The notes beneath the pieces are model-generated. The model saw only the letters and a program-made list of their open reading frames with translations, had not been told where the DNA came from and ran no database searches. A program made the position numbers and the translations under genes. Below are positions 27,701 through 41,691 of a stretch of 64,000 nucleotides of DNA, piece by piece. Positions within the stretch are counted from its first letter, which is position 1. Every line of letters begins with the position of its first letter. Origin of the DNA: Auanema rhodensis (Eukaryota; Animalia; Nematoda); the NCBI GenBank assembly GCA_964057225.1, contig OZ059900.1, forward strand, positions 23,250,001 to 23,314,000, in the 5' to 3' direction.

Positions 27701-30700
27701 ATTTCATGTGTTCAAACTCATGCAATGTCAATGAAACCTAGCTCAAAATTGTTTGTACAACGTCTAGTTCCACTTTCACGACAAAAAAACAGGGGTTAGA
27801 AAATTAAGGAAATTAGCATATTCTGAGGGCACGCCCCTTATGGCTAATATTGATTAAATCGATTTTTGTTCATATGAGTAGTCAAATGCAACGAATTTCA
27901 GCGTGTTACATACTAAAATGAAGCATTTCACATGCTGAACACTAGAAAAATACAAAAACACAGTATTTCCCATGAGAAATATTTTATTATGCTGGAAAAC
28001 CAGTTTTTGGAAATTTCGCTGTAAACAAGGTTTGACTTACGATTTCATGTGTTCAAACTCATGCAATGTCAATGAAACCTAGCTCAAAATTGTTCGTACA
28101 ACGTCTAGTTCCACTTTCACGACAAAAAAACAGGGGTTAGAAAATTTAGGAAATTAGCATATTCTGAGGGCACGCCCCTTATGGCTAATATTGATTAAAT
28201 CGATTTTTGTTCATATGAGTCGTCAAATGCAACGAATTTCAGCGTGTTACATACTAAAATGAAGCATTTTACATGCTGAACACTAGAAAAATACGAAAAC
28301 ACAGTTTTTCCCATGAGAAATATTTTATTATGCTGGAAAACCAGTTTTTGGAAATTTCGCTGTAAACAAGGTTTTGACTTACGATTTCATGTGTTCAAAC
28401 TCATGCAATGTCAATGAAACCTAGCTCAAAATTGTTCGTACAACGTCTAGTTCCACTTTCACGACAAAAAAACAGGGGTTAGAAAATTTAGGAAATTAGC
28501 ATATTCTGAGGGCACGCCCCTTATGGCTAATATTGATTAAATCGATTTTTGTTCATATGAGTCGTCAAATGAAACGAATTTCAGCGTGTTACATACTAAA
28601 ATGAAGTATTTTACATGCTGAACATTAGAAAAATACAAAAACACAGTTTTTCCCATGAGAAATATTTTATTATGCTGGAAAACCAGTTTTTGGAAATTTC
28701 GCTGTAAACAAGGTTTTGACTTACGATTTCATGTGTTCAAACTCATGCAATGTCAATGAAACCTAGCTCAAAATTGTTCCTACAACGTCTAGTTCCACTT
28801 TCACGACAAAAAACAGGGGTTAGAAAATTAAGGAAATTAGCATATTCTGAGGGCACGCCCCTTATGGCTAATATTGATTAAATCGATTTTTGTTCATATG
28901 AGTCGTCAAATGCAACGAATTTCAGCGTGTTACATACTTAAATGAAGCATTTTACATGCTGAACACTAGAAAAATACAAAAACACAGTATTTCTCATGAG
29001 AAATATTTTATTATGCTGGAAAACCAGTTTTTGGAAATTTCGCTGTAAACAAGGTTTTCACTTACGATTTCATGTGTTCAAACTCATGCAATGTCAATGA
29101 AACCTAGCTCAAAATTTTTTGTACAACGTCTAGTTCCACTTTCACGACAAAAAAACAGGGGTTAGAAAATTAAGGAAATTAGCATATTCTGAGGGCACGC
29201 CCCTTATGGCTAATATTGATTAAATCGATTTTTGTTCATATGAGTAGTCAAATGCAACGAATTTCAGCGTGTTACATACTAAAATGAAGCATTTCACATG
29301 CTGAACACTAGAAAAATACAAAAACACAGTATTTCCCATGAGAAATATTTTATTATGCTGGAAAACCAGTTTTTGGAAATTTCGCTGTAAACAAGGTTTT
29401 GACTTACGATTTCATGTGTTCAAACTCATGCAATGTCAATGAAACCTAGCTCAAAATTGTTTGTACAACGTCTAGTTCCACTTTCACGACAAACAAACAG
29501 GGGTTAGAAAATTAAGGAAATTAGCATATTCTGAGGGCACGCCCCTTATGGCTAATATTGATTTAAACGATTTTTGTTCATATGAGTCGTCAAATGCAAC
29601 GAATTTCAGCGTGTTACATACTAAAATGAAGCATTTTACATGCTGAACACTAGAAAAATACAAAAACACAGTATTTCTCATGAGAAATATTTTATTATGC
29701 TGGAAAACCAGTTTTTGGAATTTTCGCTGTAAACGAGGTTTTGACTTACGATTTCATGTGTTCAAACTCATGCAATGTCAATGAAACCTAGCTCAAAATT
29801 GTTTGTACAACGTCTAGTTCCACTTTCACGACAAAAAAACAGGGGTTAGAAAATTAAGGAAATTAGCATATTCTGAGGGCACGCCCCTTATGGCTAATAT
29901 TGATTAAATCGATTTTTGTTCATATGAGTCGTCAAATGCAACGAATTTCAGCGTGTTACATACTTAAATGAAGCATTTTACATGCTGAACACTAGAAAAA
30001 TACAAAAACACAGTATTTCCCATGAGAAATATTTTATTATGCTGGAAAACCAGTTTTTGGAAATTTCGCTGTAAACAAGGTTTGACTTACGATTTCATGT
30101 GTTCAAACTCATGCAATGTCAATGAAACCTAGCTCAAAATTGTTCGTACAACGTCTAGTTCCACTTTCACGACAAAAAAACAGGGGTTAGAAAATTTAGT
30201 AAATTAGCATATTCTGAGGGCACGCCCCTCATGGCTAATATTGATTAAATCGATTTTTGTTCATATGAGTCGTCAAATGCAACGAATTTCAGCGTGTTAC
30301 ATACTAAAATGAAGTATTTTACATGCTGAACACTGGAAAAATACAAAAACACAGTATTTCCCATGAGAAATATTTTATTATGCTGGAAAACCAGTTTTTG
30401 GACATTTCGCTGTAAACAAGGTTTTGACTTACGATTTCATGTGTTCAAACTCATGCAATGTCAATGAAACCTAGCTCAAAATTGTTCCTACAACGTCTAG
30501 TTCCACTTTCACGACAAAAAACAGGGGTTAGAAAATTAAGGAAATTAGCATATTCTGAGGGCACGCCCCTTATGGCTAATATTGATTAAATCGATTTTTG
30601 TTCATATGAGTCGTCAAATGCAACGAATTTCAGCGTGTTACATACTAAAATGAAGCATTTTACATGCTGAACATTAGAAAAATACAAAAACACAGTTTTT

Positions 30701-33118
30701 CCCATGAGAAATATTTTATTATGCTGGAAAACCAGTTTTTGGAAATTTCGCTGTAAACAAGGTTTTGACTTACGATTTCATGTGTTCAAACTCATGCAAT
30801 GTCAATGAAACCTAGCTCAAAATTGTTCCTACAACGTCTAGTTCCACTTTCACGACAAAAAACAGGGGTTAGAAAATTAAGGAAATTAGCATATTCTGAG
30901 GGCACGCCCCTTATGGCTAATATTGATTAAATCGATTTTTGTTCATATGAGTCGTCAAATGCAACGAATTTCAGCGTGTTACATACTTAAATGAAGCATT
31001 TTACATGCTGAACACTAGAAAAATACAAAAACACAGTATTTCTCATGAGAAATATTTTATTATGCTGGAAAACCAGTTTTTGGAAATTTCGCTGTAAACA
31101 AGGTTTTCACTTACGATTTCATGTGTTCAAACTCATGCAATGTCAATGAAACCTAGCTCAAAATTTTTTGTACAACGTCTAGTTCCACTTTCACGACAAA
31201 AAAACAGGGGTTAGAAAATTAAGGAAATTAGCATATTCTGAGGGCACGCCCCTTATGGCTAATATTGATTAAATCGATTTTTGTTCATATGAGTAGTCAA
31301 ATGCAACGAATTTCAGCGTGTTACATACTAAAATGAAGCATTTCACATGCTGAACACTAGAAAAATACAAAAACACAGTATTTCCCATGAGAAATATTTT
31401 ATTATGCTGGAAAACCAGTTTTTGGAAATTTCGCTGTAAACAAGGTTTTGACTTACGATTTCATGTGTTCAAACTCATGCAATGTCAATGAAACCTAGCT
31501 CAAAATTGTTTGTACAACGTCTAGTTCCACTTTCACGACAAAAAAACAGGGGTTAGAAAATTAAGGAAATTAGCATATTCTGAGGGCACGCCCCTTATGG
31601 CTAATATTGATTTAAACGATTTTTGTTCATATGAGTCGTCAAATGCAACGAATTTCAGCGTGTTACATACTAAAATGAAGCATTTTACATGCTGAACACT
31701 AGAAAAATACAAAAACACAGTATTTCTCATGAGAAATATTTTATTATGCTGGAAAACCAGTTTTTGGAATTTTCGCTGTAAACAAGGTTTGACTTACGAT
31801 TTCATGTGTTCAAACTCATGCAATGTCAATGAAACCTAGCTCAAAATTGTTCGTACAACGTCTAGTTCCACTTTCACGACAAAAAAACAGGGGTTAGAAA
31901 ATTTAGGAAATTAGCATATTCTGAGGGCACGCCCCTTATGGCTAATATTGATTAAATCGATTTTTGTTCATATGAGTCGTCAAATGCAACGAATTTCAGC
32001 GTGTTACATACTAAAATGAAGTATTTTACATGCTGAACACTAGAAAAATACAAAAACACAGTATTTCCCATGAGAAATATTTTATTATGCTGGAAAACCA
32101 GTTTTTGGAAATTTCGCTGTGAACAAGGTTTTGACTTACGATTTCATGTGTTCAAACTCATGCAATGTCAATGAAACCTAGCTCAAAATTGTTCCTACAA
32201 CGTCTAGTTCCACTTTCACGACAAAAAACAGGGGTTAGAAAATTAAGGAAATTAGCATATTCTGAGGGCACGCCCCTTATGGCTAATATTGATTAAATCG
32301 ATTTTTGTTCATATGAGTCGTCAAATGCAACGAATTTCAGCGTGTTACATACTAAAATGAAGCATTTTACATGCGGAACACTAGAAAAATACAAAAACAC
32401 AGTATTTCCCATGAGAAATATTTTATTATGCTGGAAAACCAGTTTTTGGAAATTTCGCTGTAAACAAGGTTTTGACTTACGATTTCATGTGTTCAAACTC
32501 ATGCAATGTCAATGAAACCTAGCTCAAAATTGTTTGTACAACGTCTAGTTCCACTTTCACGACAAAAAAACAGGGGTTAGAAAATTAAGGAAATTAGCAT
32601 ATTCTGATGGCACGCCCCTTATGGCTAATATTGATTAAATCGATTTTTGTTCATATGAGTCGTCAAATGCAACGAATTTCAGCGTGTTACATACTGAAAT
32701 GAAGCATTTTACATGCTGAACACTAGAAAAATACAAAAACACAGTATTTCTCATGAGAAATATTTTATTATGCTGGAAAACCAGTTTTTGGAAATTTCGC
32801 TGTAAACAAGGTTTTGACTTACGATTTCATGTGTTCAAACTCATGCAATGTCAATGAAACCTAGCTCAAAATTGTTTGTACAACGTTTAGTTCCACTTTC
32901 ACGACAAAAAAACAGGGGTTAGAAAATTAAGGAAATTAGCATATTCTGAGGGCACGCCCCTTATGGCTAATATTGATTAAATCGATTTTTGTTCATATGA
33001 GTAGTCAAATGCAACGAATTTCAGCGTGTTACATACTAAAATGAAGCATTTTACATGCTGAACACTAGAAAAATACAAAAACACAGTATTTCTCATGAGA
33101 AATATTTTATTATGCTGG

Positions 33119-33244
33119 AAAACCAGTTTTTGGAATTTTCGCTGTAAACGAGGTTTTGACTTACGATTTCATGTGTTCAAAAAAACCAGTTTTTGGAATT
33201 TTCGCTGTAAACGAGGTTTTGACTTACGATTTCATGTGTTCAAA
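33119..33244 (-). repeat. 63-bp internal tandem duplication (monomer positions 139-201), copy 1 of 4
   Basis: AAAACCAGTTTTTGGAATTTTCG...GTGTTCAAA occurs twice in tandem. Confidence 0.95.
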
Positions 33245-36200
33245 CTCATGCAATGTCAATGAAACCTAGCTCAAAATTGTTTGTACAACGTCTAGTTCCA
33301 CTTTCACGACAAAAAAACAGGGGTTAGAAAATTAAGGAAATTAGCATATTCTGAGGGCACGCCCCTTATGGCTAATATTGATTAAATCGATTTTTGTTCA
33401 TATGAGTAGTCAAATGCAACGAATTTCAGCGTGTTACATACTAAAATGAAGCATTTCACATGCTGAACACTAGAAAAATACAAAAACACAGTATTTCCCA
33501 TGAGAAATATTTTATTATGCTGGAAAACCAGTTTTTGGAAATTTCGCTGTAAACAAGGTTTTGACTTACGATTTCATGTGTTCAAACTCATGCAATGTCA
33601 ATGAAACCTAGCTCAAAATTGTTTGTACAACGTCTAGTTCCACTTTCACGACAAAAAAACAGGGGTTAGAAAATTAAGGAAATTAGCATATTCTGAGGGC
33701 ACGCCCCTTATGGCTAATATTGATTTAAACGATTTTTGTTCATATGAGTCGTCAAATGCAACGAATTTCAGCGTGTTACATACTAAAATGAAGCATTTTA
33801 CATGCTGAACACTAGAAAAATACAAAAACACAGTATTTCTCATGAGAAATATTTTATTATGCTGGAAAACCAGTTTTTGGAATTTTCGCTGTAAACGAGG
33901 TTTTGACTTACGATTTCATGTGTTCAAACTCATGCAATGTCAATGAAACCTAGCTCAAAATTGTTTGTACAACGTCTAGTTCCACTTTCACGACAAAAAA
34001 ACAGGGGTTAGAAAATTAAGGAAATTAGCATATTCTGAGGGCACGCCCCTTATGGCTAATATTGATTAAATCGATTTTTGTTCATATGAGTAGTCAAATG
34101 CAACGAATTTCAGCGTGTTACATACTAAAATGAAGCATTTCACATGCTGAACACTAAAAAAATACAAAAACACAGTATTTCCCATGAGAAATATTTTATT
34201 ATGCTGGAAAACCAGTTTTTGGAAATTTCGCTGTAAACAAGGTTTGACTTACGATTTCATGTGTTCAAACTCATGCAATGTCAATGAAACCTAGCTCAAA
34301 ATTGTTCGTACAACGTCTAGTTCCACTTTCACGACAAAAAAACAGGGGTTAGAAAATTTAGGAAATTAGCATATTCTGAGGGCACGCCCCTTATGGCTAA
34401 TATTGATTAAATCGATTTTTGTTCATATGAGTCGTCAAATGCAACGAATTTCAGCGTGTTACATACTAAAATGAAGCATTTTACATGCTGAACATTAGAA
34501 AAATACAAAAACACAGTTTTTCCCATGAGAAATATTTTATTATGCTGGAAAACCAGTTTTTGGAAATTTCGCTGTAAACAAGGTTTGACTTACGATTTCA
34601 TGTGTTCAAACTCATGCAATGTCAATGAAACCTAGCTCAAAATTGTTCGTACAACGTCTAGTTCCACTTTCACGACAAAAAAACAGGGGTTAGAAAATTT
34701 AGGAAATTAGCATATTCTGAGGGCACGCCCCTTATGGCTAATATTGATTAAATCGATTTTTGTTCATATGAGTCGTCAAATGCAACGAATTTCAGCGTGT
34801 TACATACTAAAATGAAGCATTTTACATGCGGAACACTAGAAAAATACAAAAACACAGTATTTCTCATGAGAAATATTTTATTATGCTGGAAAACCAGTTT
34901 TTGGAATTTTCGCTGTAAACAAGGTTTGACTTACGATTTCATGTGTTCAAACTCATGCAATGTCAATGAAACCTAGCTCAAAATTGTTCGTACAACGTCT
35001 AGTTCCACTTTCACGACAAAAAAACAGGGGTTTGAAAATTTAGGAAATTAGCATATTCTGAGGGCACGCCCCTTATGGCTAATATTGATTAAATCGATTT
35101 TTGTTCATATGAGTCGTCAAATGCAACGAATTTCAGCGTGTTACATACTAAAAAGAAGTATTTTACATGCTGAACACTAGAAAAATACAAAAACACAGTA
35201 TTTCCCATGAGAAATATTTTATTATGCTGGAAAACCAGTTTTTGGAAATTTCGCTGTAAACAAGGTTTTGACTTACGATTTCATGTGTTCAAACTCATGC
35301 AATGTCAATGAAACCTAGCTCAAAATTGTTCCTACAACGTCTAGTTCCACTTTCACGACAAAAAACAGGGGTTAGAAAATTAAGGAAATTAGCATATTCT
35401 GAGGGCACGCCCCTTATGGCTAATATTGATTAAATCGATTTTTGTTCATATGAGTCGTCAAATGCAACGAATTTCAGCGTGTTACATACTAAAATGAAGC
35501 ATTTTACATGCGGAACACTAGAAAAATACAAAAACACAGTATTTCCCATGAGAAATATTTTATTATGCTGGAAAACCAGTTTTTGGAAATTTCGCTGTAA
35601 ACAAGGTTTTGACTTACGATTTCATGTGTTCAAACTCATGCAATGTCAATGAAACCTAGCTCAAAATTGTTTGTACAACGTCTAGTTCCATTTTCACGAC
35701 AAAAAAACAGGGGTTAGAAAATTAAGGAAATTAGCATATTCTGATGGCACGCCCCTTATGGCTAATATTGATTAAATCGATTTTTGTTCATATGAGTCGT
35801 CAAATGCAACGAATTTCAGCGTGTTACATACTGAAATGAAGCATTTTACATGCTGAACACTAGAAAAATACAAAAACACAGTATTTCTCATGAGAAATAT
35901 TTTATTATGCTGGAAAACCAGTTTTTGGAAATTTCGCTGTAAACAAGGTTTTGACTTACGATTTCATGTGTTCAAACTCATGCAATGTCAATGAAACCTA
36001 GCTCAAAATTGTTTGTACAACGTTTAGTTCCACTTTCACGACAAAAAAACAGGGGTTAGAAAATTAAGGAAATTAGCATATTCTGAGGGCACGCCCCTTA
36101 TGGCTAATATTGATTAAATCGATTTTTGTTCATATGAGTAGTCAAATGCAACGAATTTCAGCGTGTTACATACTAAAATGAAGCATTTTACATGCTGAAC

Positions 36201-36255
36201 ACTAGAAAAATACAAAAACACAGTATTTCTCATGAGAAATATTTTATTATGCTGG

Positions 36256-36381
36256 AAAACCAGTTTTTGGAATTTTCGCTGTAAACGAGGTTTTGACTTA
36301 CGATTTCATGTGTTCAAAAAAACCAGTTTTTGGAATTTTCGCTGTAAACGAGGTTTTGACTTACGATTTCATGTGTTCAAA
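36256..36381 (-). repeat. 63-bp internal tandem duplication, copy 2 of 4
   Basis: Same junction GTTCAAAAAAACCAG, 3137 bp from copy 1. Confidence 0.95.
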
Positions 36382-39300
36382 CTCATGCAATGTCAATGAA
36401 ACCTAGCTCAAAATTGTTTGTACAACGTTTAGTTCCACTTTCACGACAAAAAAACAGGGGTTAGAAAATTAAGGAAATTAGCATATTCTGAGGGCACGCC
36501 CCTTATGGCTAATATTGATTTAAACGATTTTTGTTCATATGAGTCGTCAAATGCAACGAATTTCAGCGTGTTACATACTAAAATGAAGCATTTTACATGC
36601 TGAACACTAGAAAAATACAAAAACACAGTATTTCTCATGAGAAATATTTTATTATGCTGGAAAACCAGTTTTTGGAATTTTCGCTGTAAACAAGGTTTGA
36701 CTTACGATTTCATGTGTTCAAACTCATGCAATGTCAATGAAACCTAGCTCAAAATTGTTTGTACAACGTCTAGTTCCACTTTCACGACAAAAAAACAGGG
36801 GTTAGAAAATTTAGGAAATTAGCATATTCTGAGGGCACGCCCCTTATGGCTAATATTGATTAAATCGATTTTTGTTCATATGAGTCGTCAAATGCAACGA
36901 ATTTCAGCGTGTTACATACTAAAATGAAGCATTTTACATGCGGAACACTAGAAAAATACAAAAACACAGTATTTCTCATGAGAAATATTTTATTATGCTG
37001 GAAAACCAGTTTTTGGAAATTTCGCTGTAAACAAGGTTTTGACTTACGATTTCATGTGTTCAAACTCATGCAATGTCAATGAAACCTAGCTCAAAATTGT
37101 TCCTACAACGTCTAGTTCCACTTTCACGACAAAAAAACAGGGGTTAGAAAATTAAGGAAATTAGCATATTCTGAGGGCACGCCCCTTATGGCTAATATTG
37201 ATTAAATTGATTTTTGTTCATATGAGTAGTCAAATGCAACGAATTTCAGCGTGTTACATACTAAAATGAAGCATTTCACATGCTGAACACTAGAAAAATA
37301 CAAAAACACAGTATTTCCCATGAGAAATATTTTATTATGCTGGAAAACCAGTTTTTGGAAATTTCGCTGTAAACAAGGTTTTGACTTACGATTTCATGTG
37401 TTCAAACTCATGCAATGTCAATGAAACCTAGCTCAAAATTGTTTGTACAACGTCTAGTTCCACTTTCACGACAAAAAAACAGGGGTTAGAAAATTAAGGA
37501 AATTAGCATATTCTGAGGGCACGCCCCTTATGGCTAATATTGATTTAAACGATTTTTGTTCATATGAGTCGTCAAATGCAACGAATTTCAGCGTGTTACA
37601 TACTAAAATGAAGCATTTTACATGCTGAACACTAGAAAAATACAAAAACACAGTATTTCTCATGAGAAATATTTTATTATGCTGGAAAACCAGTTTTTGG
37701 AATTTTCGCTGTAAACAAGGTTTGACTTACGATTTCATGTGTTCAAACTCATGCAATGTCAATGAAACCTAGCTCAAAATTGTTTGTACAACGTCTAGTT
37801 CCACTTTCACGACAAAAAAACAGGGGTTAGAAAATTTAGGAAATTAGCATATTCTGAGGGCACGCCCCTTATGGCTAATATTGATTAAATCGATTTTTGT
37901 TCATATGAGTCGTCAAATGCAACGAATTTCAGCGTGTTACATACTAAAATGAAGCATTTTACATGCGGAACACTAGAAAAATACAAAAACACAGTATTTC
38001 TCATGAGAAATATTTTATTATGCTGGAAAACCAGTTTTTGGAATTTTCGCTGTAAACAAGGTTTGACTTACGATTTCATGTGTTCAAACTCATGCAATGT
38101 CAATGAAACCTAGCTCAAAATTGTTCGTACAACGTCTAGTTCCACTTTCACGACAAAAAAACAGGGGTTTGAAAATTTAGGAAATTAGCATATTCTGAGG
38201 GCACGCCCCTTATGGCTAATATTGATTAAATCGATTTTTGTTCATATGAGTCGTCAAATGCAACGAATTTCAGCGTGTTACATACTAAAAAGAAGTATTT
38301 TACATGCTGAACACTAGAAAAATACAAAAACACAGTATTTCCCATGAGAAATATTTTATTATGCTGGAAAACCAGTTTTTGGAAATTTCGCTGTAAACAA
38401 GGTTTTGACTTACGATTTCATGTGTTCAAACTCATGCAATGTCAATGAAACCTAGCTCAAAATTGTTCCTACAACGTCTAGTTCCACTTTCACGACAAAA
38501 AACAGGGGTTAGAAAATTAAGGAAATTAGCATATTCTGAGGGCACGCCCCTTATGGCTAATATTGATTAAATCGATTTTTGTTCATATGAGTCGTCAAAT
38601 GCAACGAATTTCAGCGTGTTACATACTAAAATGAAGCATTTTACATGCGGAACACTAGAAAAATACAAAAACACAGTATTTCCCATGAGAAATATTTTAT
38701 TATGCTGGAAAACCAGTTTTTGGAAATTTCGCTGTAAACAAGGTTTTGACTTACGATTTCATGTGTTCAAACTCATGCAATGTCAATGAAACCTAGCTCA
38801 AAATTGTTTGTACAACGTCTAGTTCCATTTTCACGACAAAAAAACAGGGGTTAGAAAATTAAGGAAATTAGCATATTCTGATGGCACGCCCCTTATGGCT
38901 AATATTGATTAAATCGATTTTTGTTCATATGAGTCGTCAAATGCAACGAATTTCAGCGTGTTACATACTGAAATGAAGCATTTTACATGCTGAACACTAG
39001 AAAAATACAAAAACACAGTATTTCTCATGAGAAATATTTTATTATGCTGGAAAACCAGTTTTTGGAAATTTCGCTGTAAACAAGGTTTTGACTTACGATT
39101 TCATGTGTTCAATCTCATGCAATGTCAATGAAACCTAGCTCAAAATTGTTTGTACAACGTTTAGTTCCACTTTCACGACAAAAAAACAGGGGTTAGAAAA
39201 TTAAGGAAATTAGCATATTCTGAGGGCACGCCCCTTATGGCTAATATTGATTAAATCGATTTTTGTTCATATGAGTTGTCAAATGCAACGAATTTCAGCG

Positions 39301-39392
39301 TGTTACATACTAAAATGAAGCATTTTACATGCTGAACACTAGAAAAATACAAAAACACAGTATTTCTCATGAGAAATATTTTATTATGCTGG

Positions 39393-39518
39393 AAAACCAG
39401 TTTTTGGAATTTTCGCTGTAAACGAGGTTTTGACTTACGATTTCATGTGTTCAAAAAAACCAGTTTTTGGAATTTTCGCTGTAAACGAGGTTTTGACTTA
39501 CGATTTCATGTGTTCAAA
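39393..39518 (-). repeat. 63-bp internal tandem duplication, copy 3 of 4
   Basis: Same junction, 3137 bp from copy 2. Confidence 0.95.
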
Positions 39519-41164
39519 CTCATGCAATGTCAATGAAACCTAGCTCAAAATTGTTTGTACAACGTCTAGTTCCACTTTCACGACAAAAAAACAGGGGTTA
39601 GAAAATTAAGGAAATTAGCATATTCTGAGGGCACGCCCCTTATGGCTAATATTGATTAAATTGATTTTTGTTCATATGAGTAGTCAAATGCAACGAATTT
39701 CAGCGTGTTACATACTAAAATGAAGCATTTCACATGCTGAACACTAGAAAAATACAAAAACACAGTATTTCCCATGAGAAATATTTTATTATGCTGGAAA
39801 ACCAGTTTTTGGAAATTTCGCTGTAAACAAGGTTTTGACTTACGATTTCATGTGTTCAAACTCATGCAATGTCAATGAAACCTAGCTCAAAATTGTTTGT
39901 ACAACGTCTAGTTCCACTTTCACGACAAAAAAACAGGGGTTAGAAAATTAAGGAAATTAGCATATTCTGAGGGCACGCCCCTTATGGCTAATATTGATTT
40001 AAACGATTTTTGTTCATATGAGTCGTCAAATGCAACGAATTTCAGCGTGTTACATACTAAAATGAAGCATTTTACATGCTGAACACTAGAAAAATACAAA
40101 AACACAGTATTTCTCATGAGAAATATTTTATTATGCTGGAAAACCAGTTTTTGGAATTTTCGCTGTAAACGAGGTTTTGACTTACGATTTCATGTGTTCA
40201 AACTCATGCAATGTCAATGAAACCTAGCTCAAAATTGTTCCTACAACGTCTAGTTCCACTTTCACGACAAAAAACAGGGGTTAGAAAATTAAGGAAATTA
40301 GCATATTCTGAGGGCACGCCCCTTATGGCTAATATTGATTAAATCGATTTTTGTTCATATGAGTCGTCAAATGCAACGAATTTCAGCGTGTTACATACTA
40401 AAATGAAGCATTTTACATGCGGAACACTAGAAAAATACAAAAACACAGTATTTCCCATGAGAAATATTTTATTATGCTGGAAAACCAGTTTTTGGAAATT
40501 TCGCTGTAAACAAGGTTTTGACTTACGATTTCATGTGTTCAAACTCATGCAATGTCAATGAAACCTAGCTCAAAATTGTTTGTACAACGTCTAGTTCCAC
40601 TTTCACGACAAAAAAACAGGGGTTAGAAAATTAAGGAAATTAGCATATTCTGATGGCACGCCCCTTATGGCTAATATTGATTAAATCGATTTTTGTTCAT
40701 ATGAGTCGTCAAATGCAACGAATTTCAGCGTGTTACATACTGAAATGAAGCATTTTACATGCTGAACACTAGAAAAATACAAAAACACAGTATTTCTCAT
40801 GAGAAATATTTTATTATGCTGGAAAACCAGTTTTTGGAAATTTCGCTGTAAACAAGGTTTTGACTTACGATTTCATGTGTTCAAACTCATGCAATGTCAA
40901 TGAAACCTAGCTCAAAATTGTTTGTACAACGTTTAGTTCCACTTTCACGACAAAAAAACAGGGGTTAGAAAATTAAGGAAATTAGCATATTCTGAGGGCA
41001 CGCCCCTTATGGCTAATATTGATTAAATCGATTTTTGTTCATATGAGTAGTCAAATGCAACGAATTTCAGCGTGTTACATACTAAAATGAAGCATTTTAC
41101 ATGCTGAACACTAGAAAAATACAAAAACACAGTATTTCTCATGAGAAATATTTTATTATGCTGG

Positions 41165-41290
41165 AAAACCAGTTTTTGGAATTTTCGCTGTAAACGAGGT
41201 TTTGACTTACGATTTCATGTGTTCAAAAAAACCAGTTTTTGGAATTTTCGCTGTAAACGAGGTTTTGACTTACGATTTCATGTGTTCAAA
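41165..41290 (-). repeat. 63-bp internal tandem duplication, copy 4 of 4
   Basis: Same junction, 1772 bp from copy 3. Confidence 0.95.
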
Positions 41291-41691
41291 CTCATGCAAT
41301 GTCAATGAAACCTAGCTCAAAATTGTTTGTACAACGTCTAGTTCCATTTTCACGACAAAAAAACAGGGGTTAGAAAATTAAGGAAATTAGCATATTCTGA
41401 TGGCACGCCCCTTATGGCTAATATTGATTAAATCGATTTTTGTTCATATGAGTCGTCAAATGCAACGAATTTCAGCGTGTTACATACTGAAATGAAGCAT
41501 TTTACATGCTGAACACTAGAAAAATACAAAAACACAGTATTTCTCATGAGAAATATTTTATTATGCTGGAAAACCAGTTTTTGGAAATTTCGCTGTAAAC
41601 AAGGTTTTGACTTACGATTTCATGTGTTCAAACTCATGCAATGTCAATGAAACCTAGCTCAAAATTGTTTGTACAACGTCTAGTTCCACTT

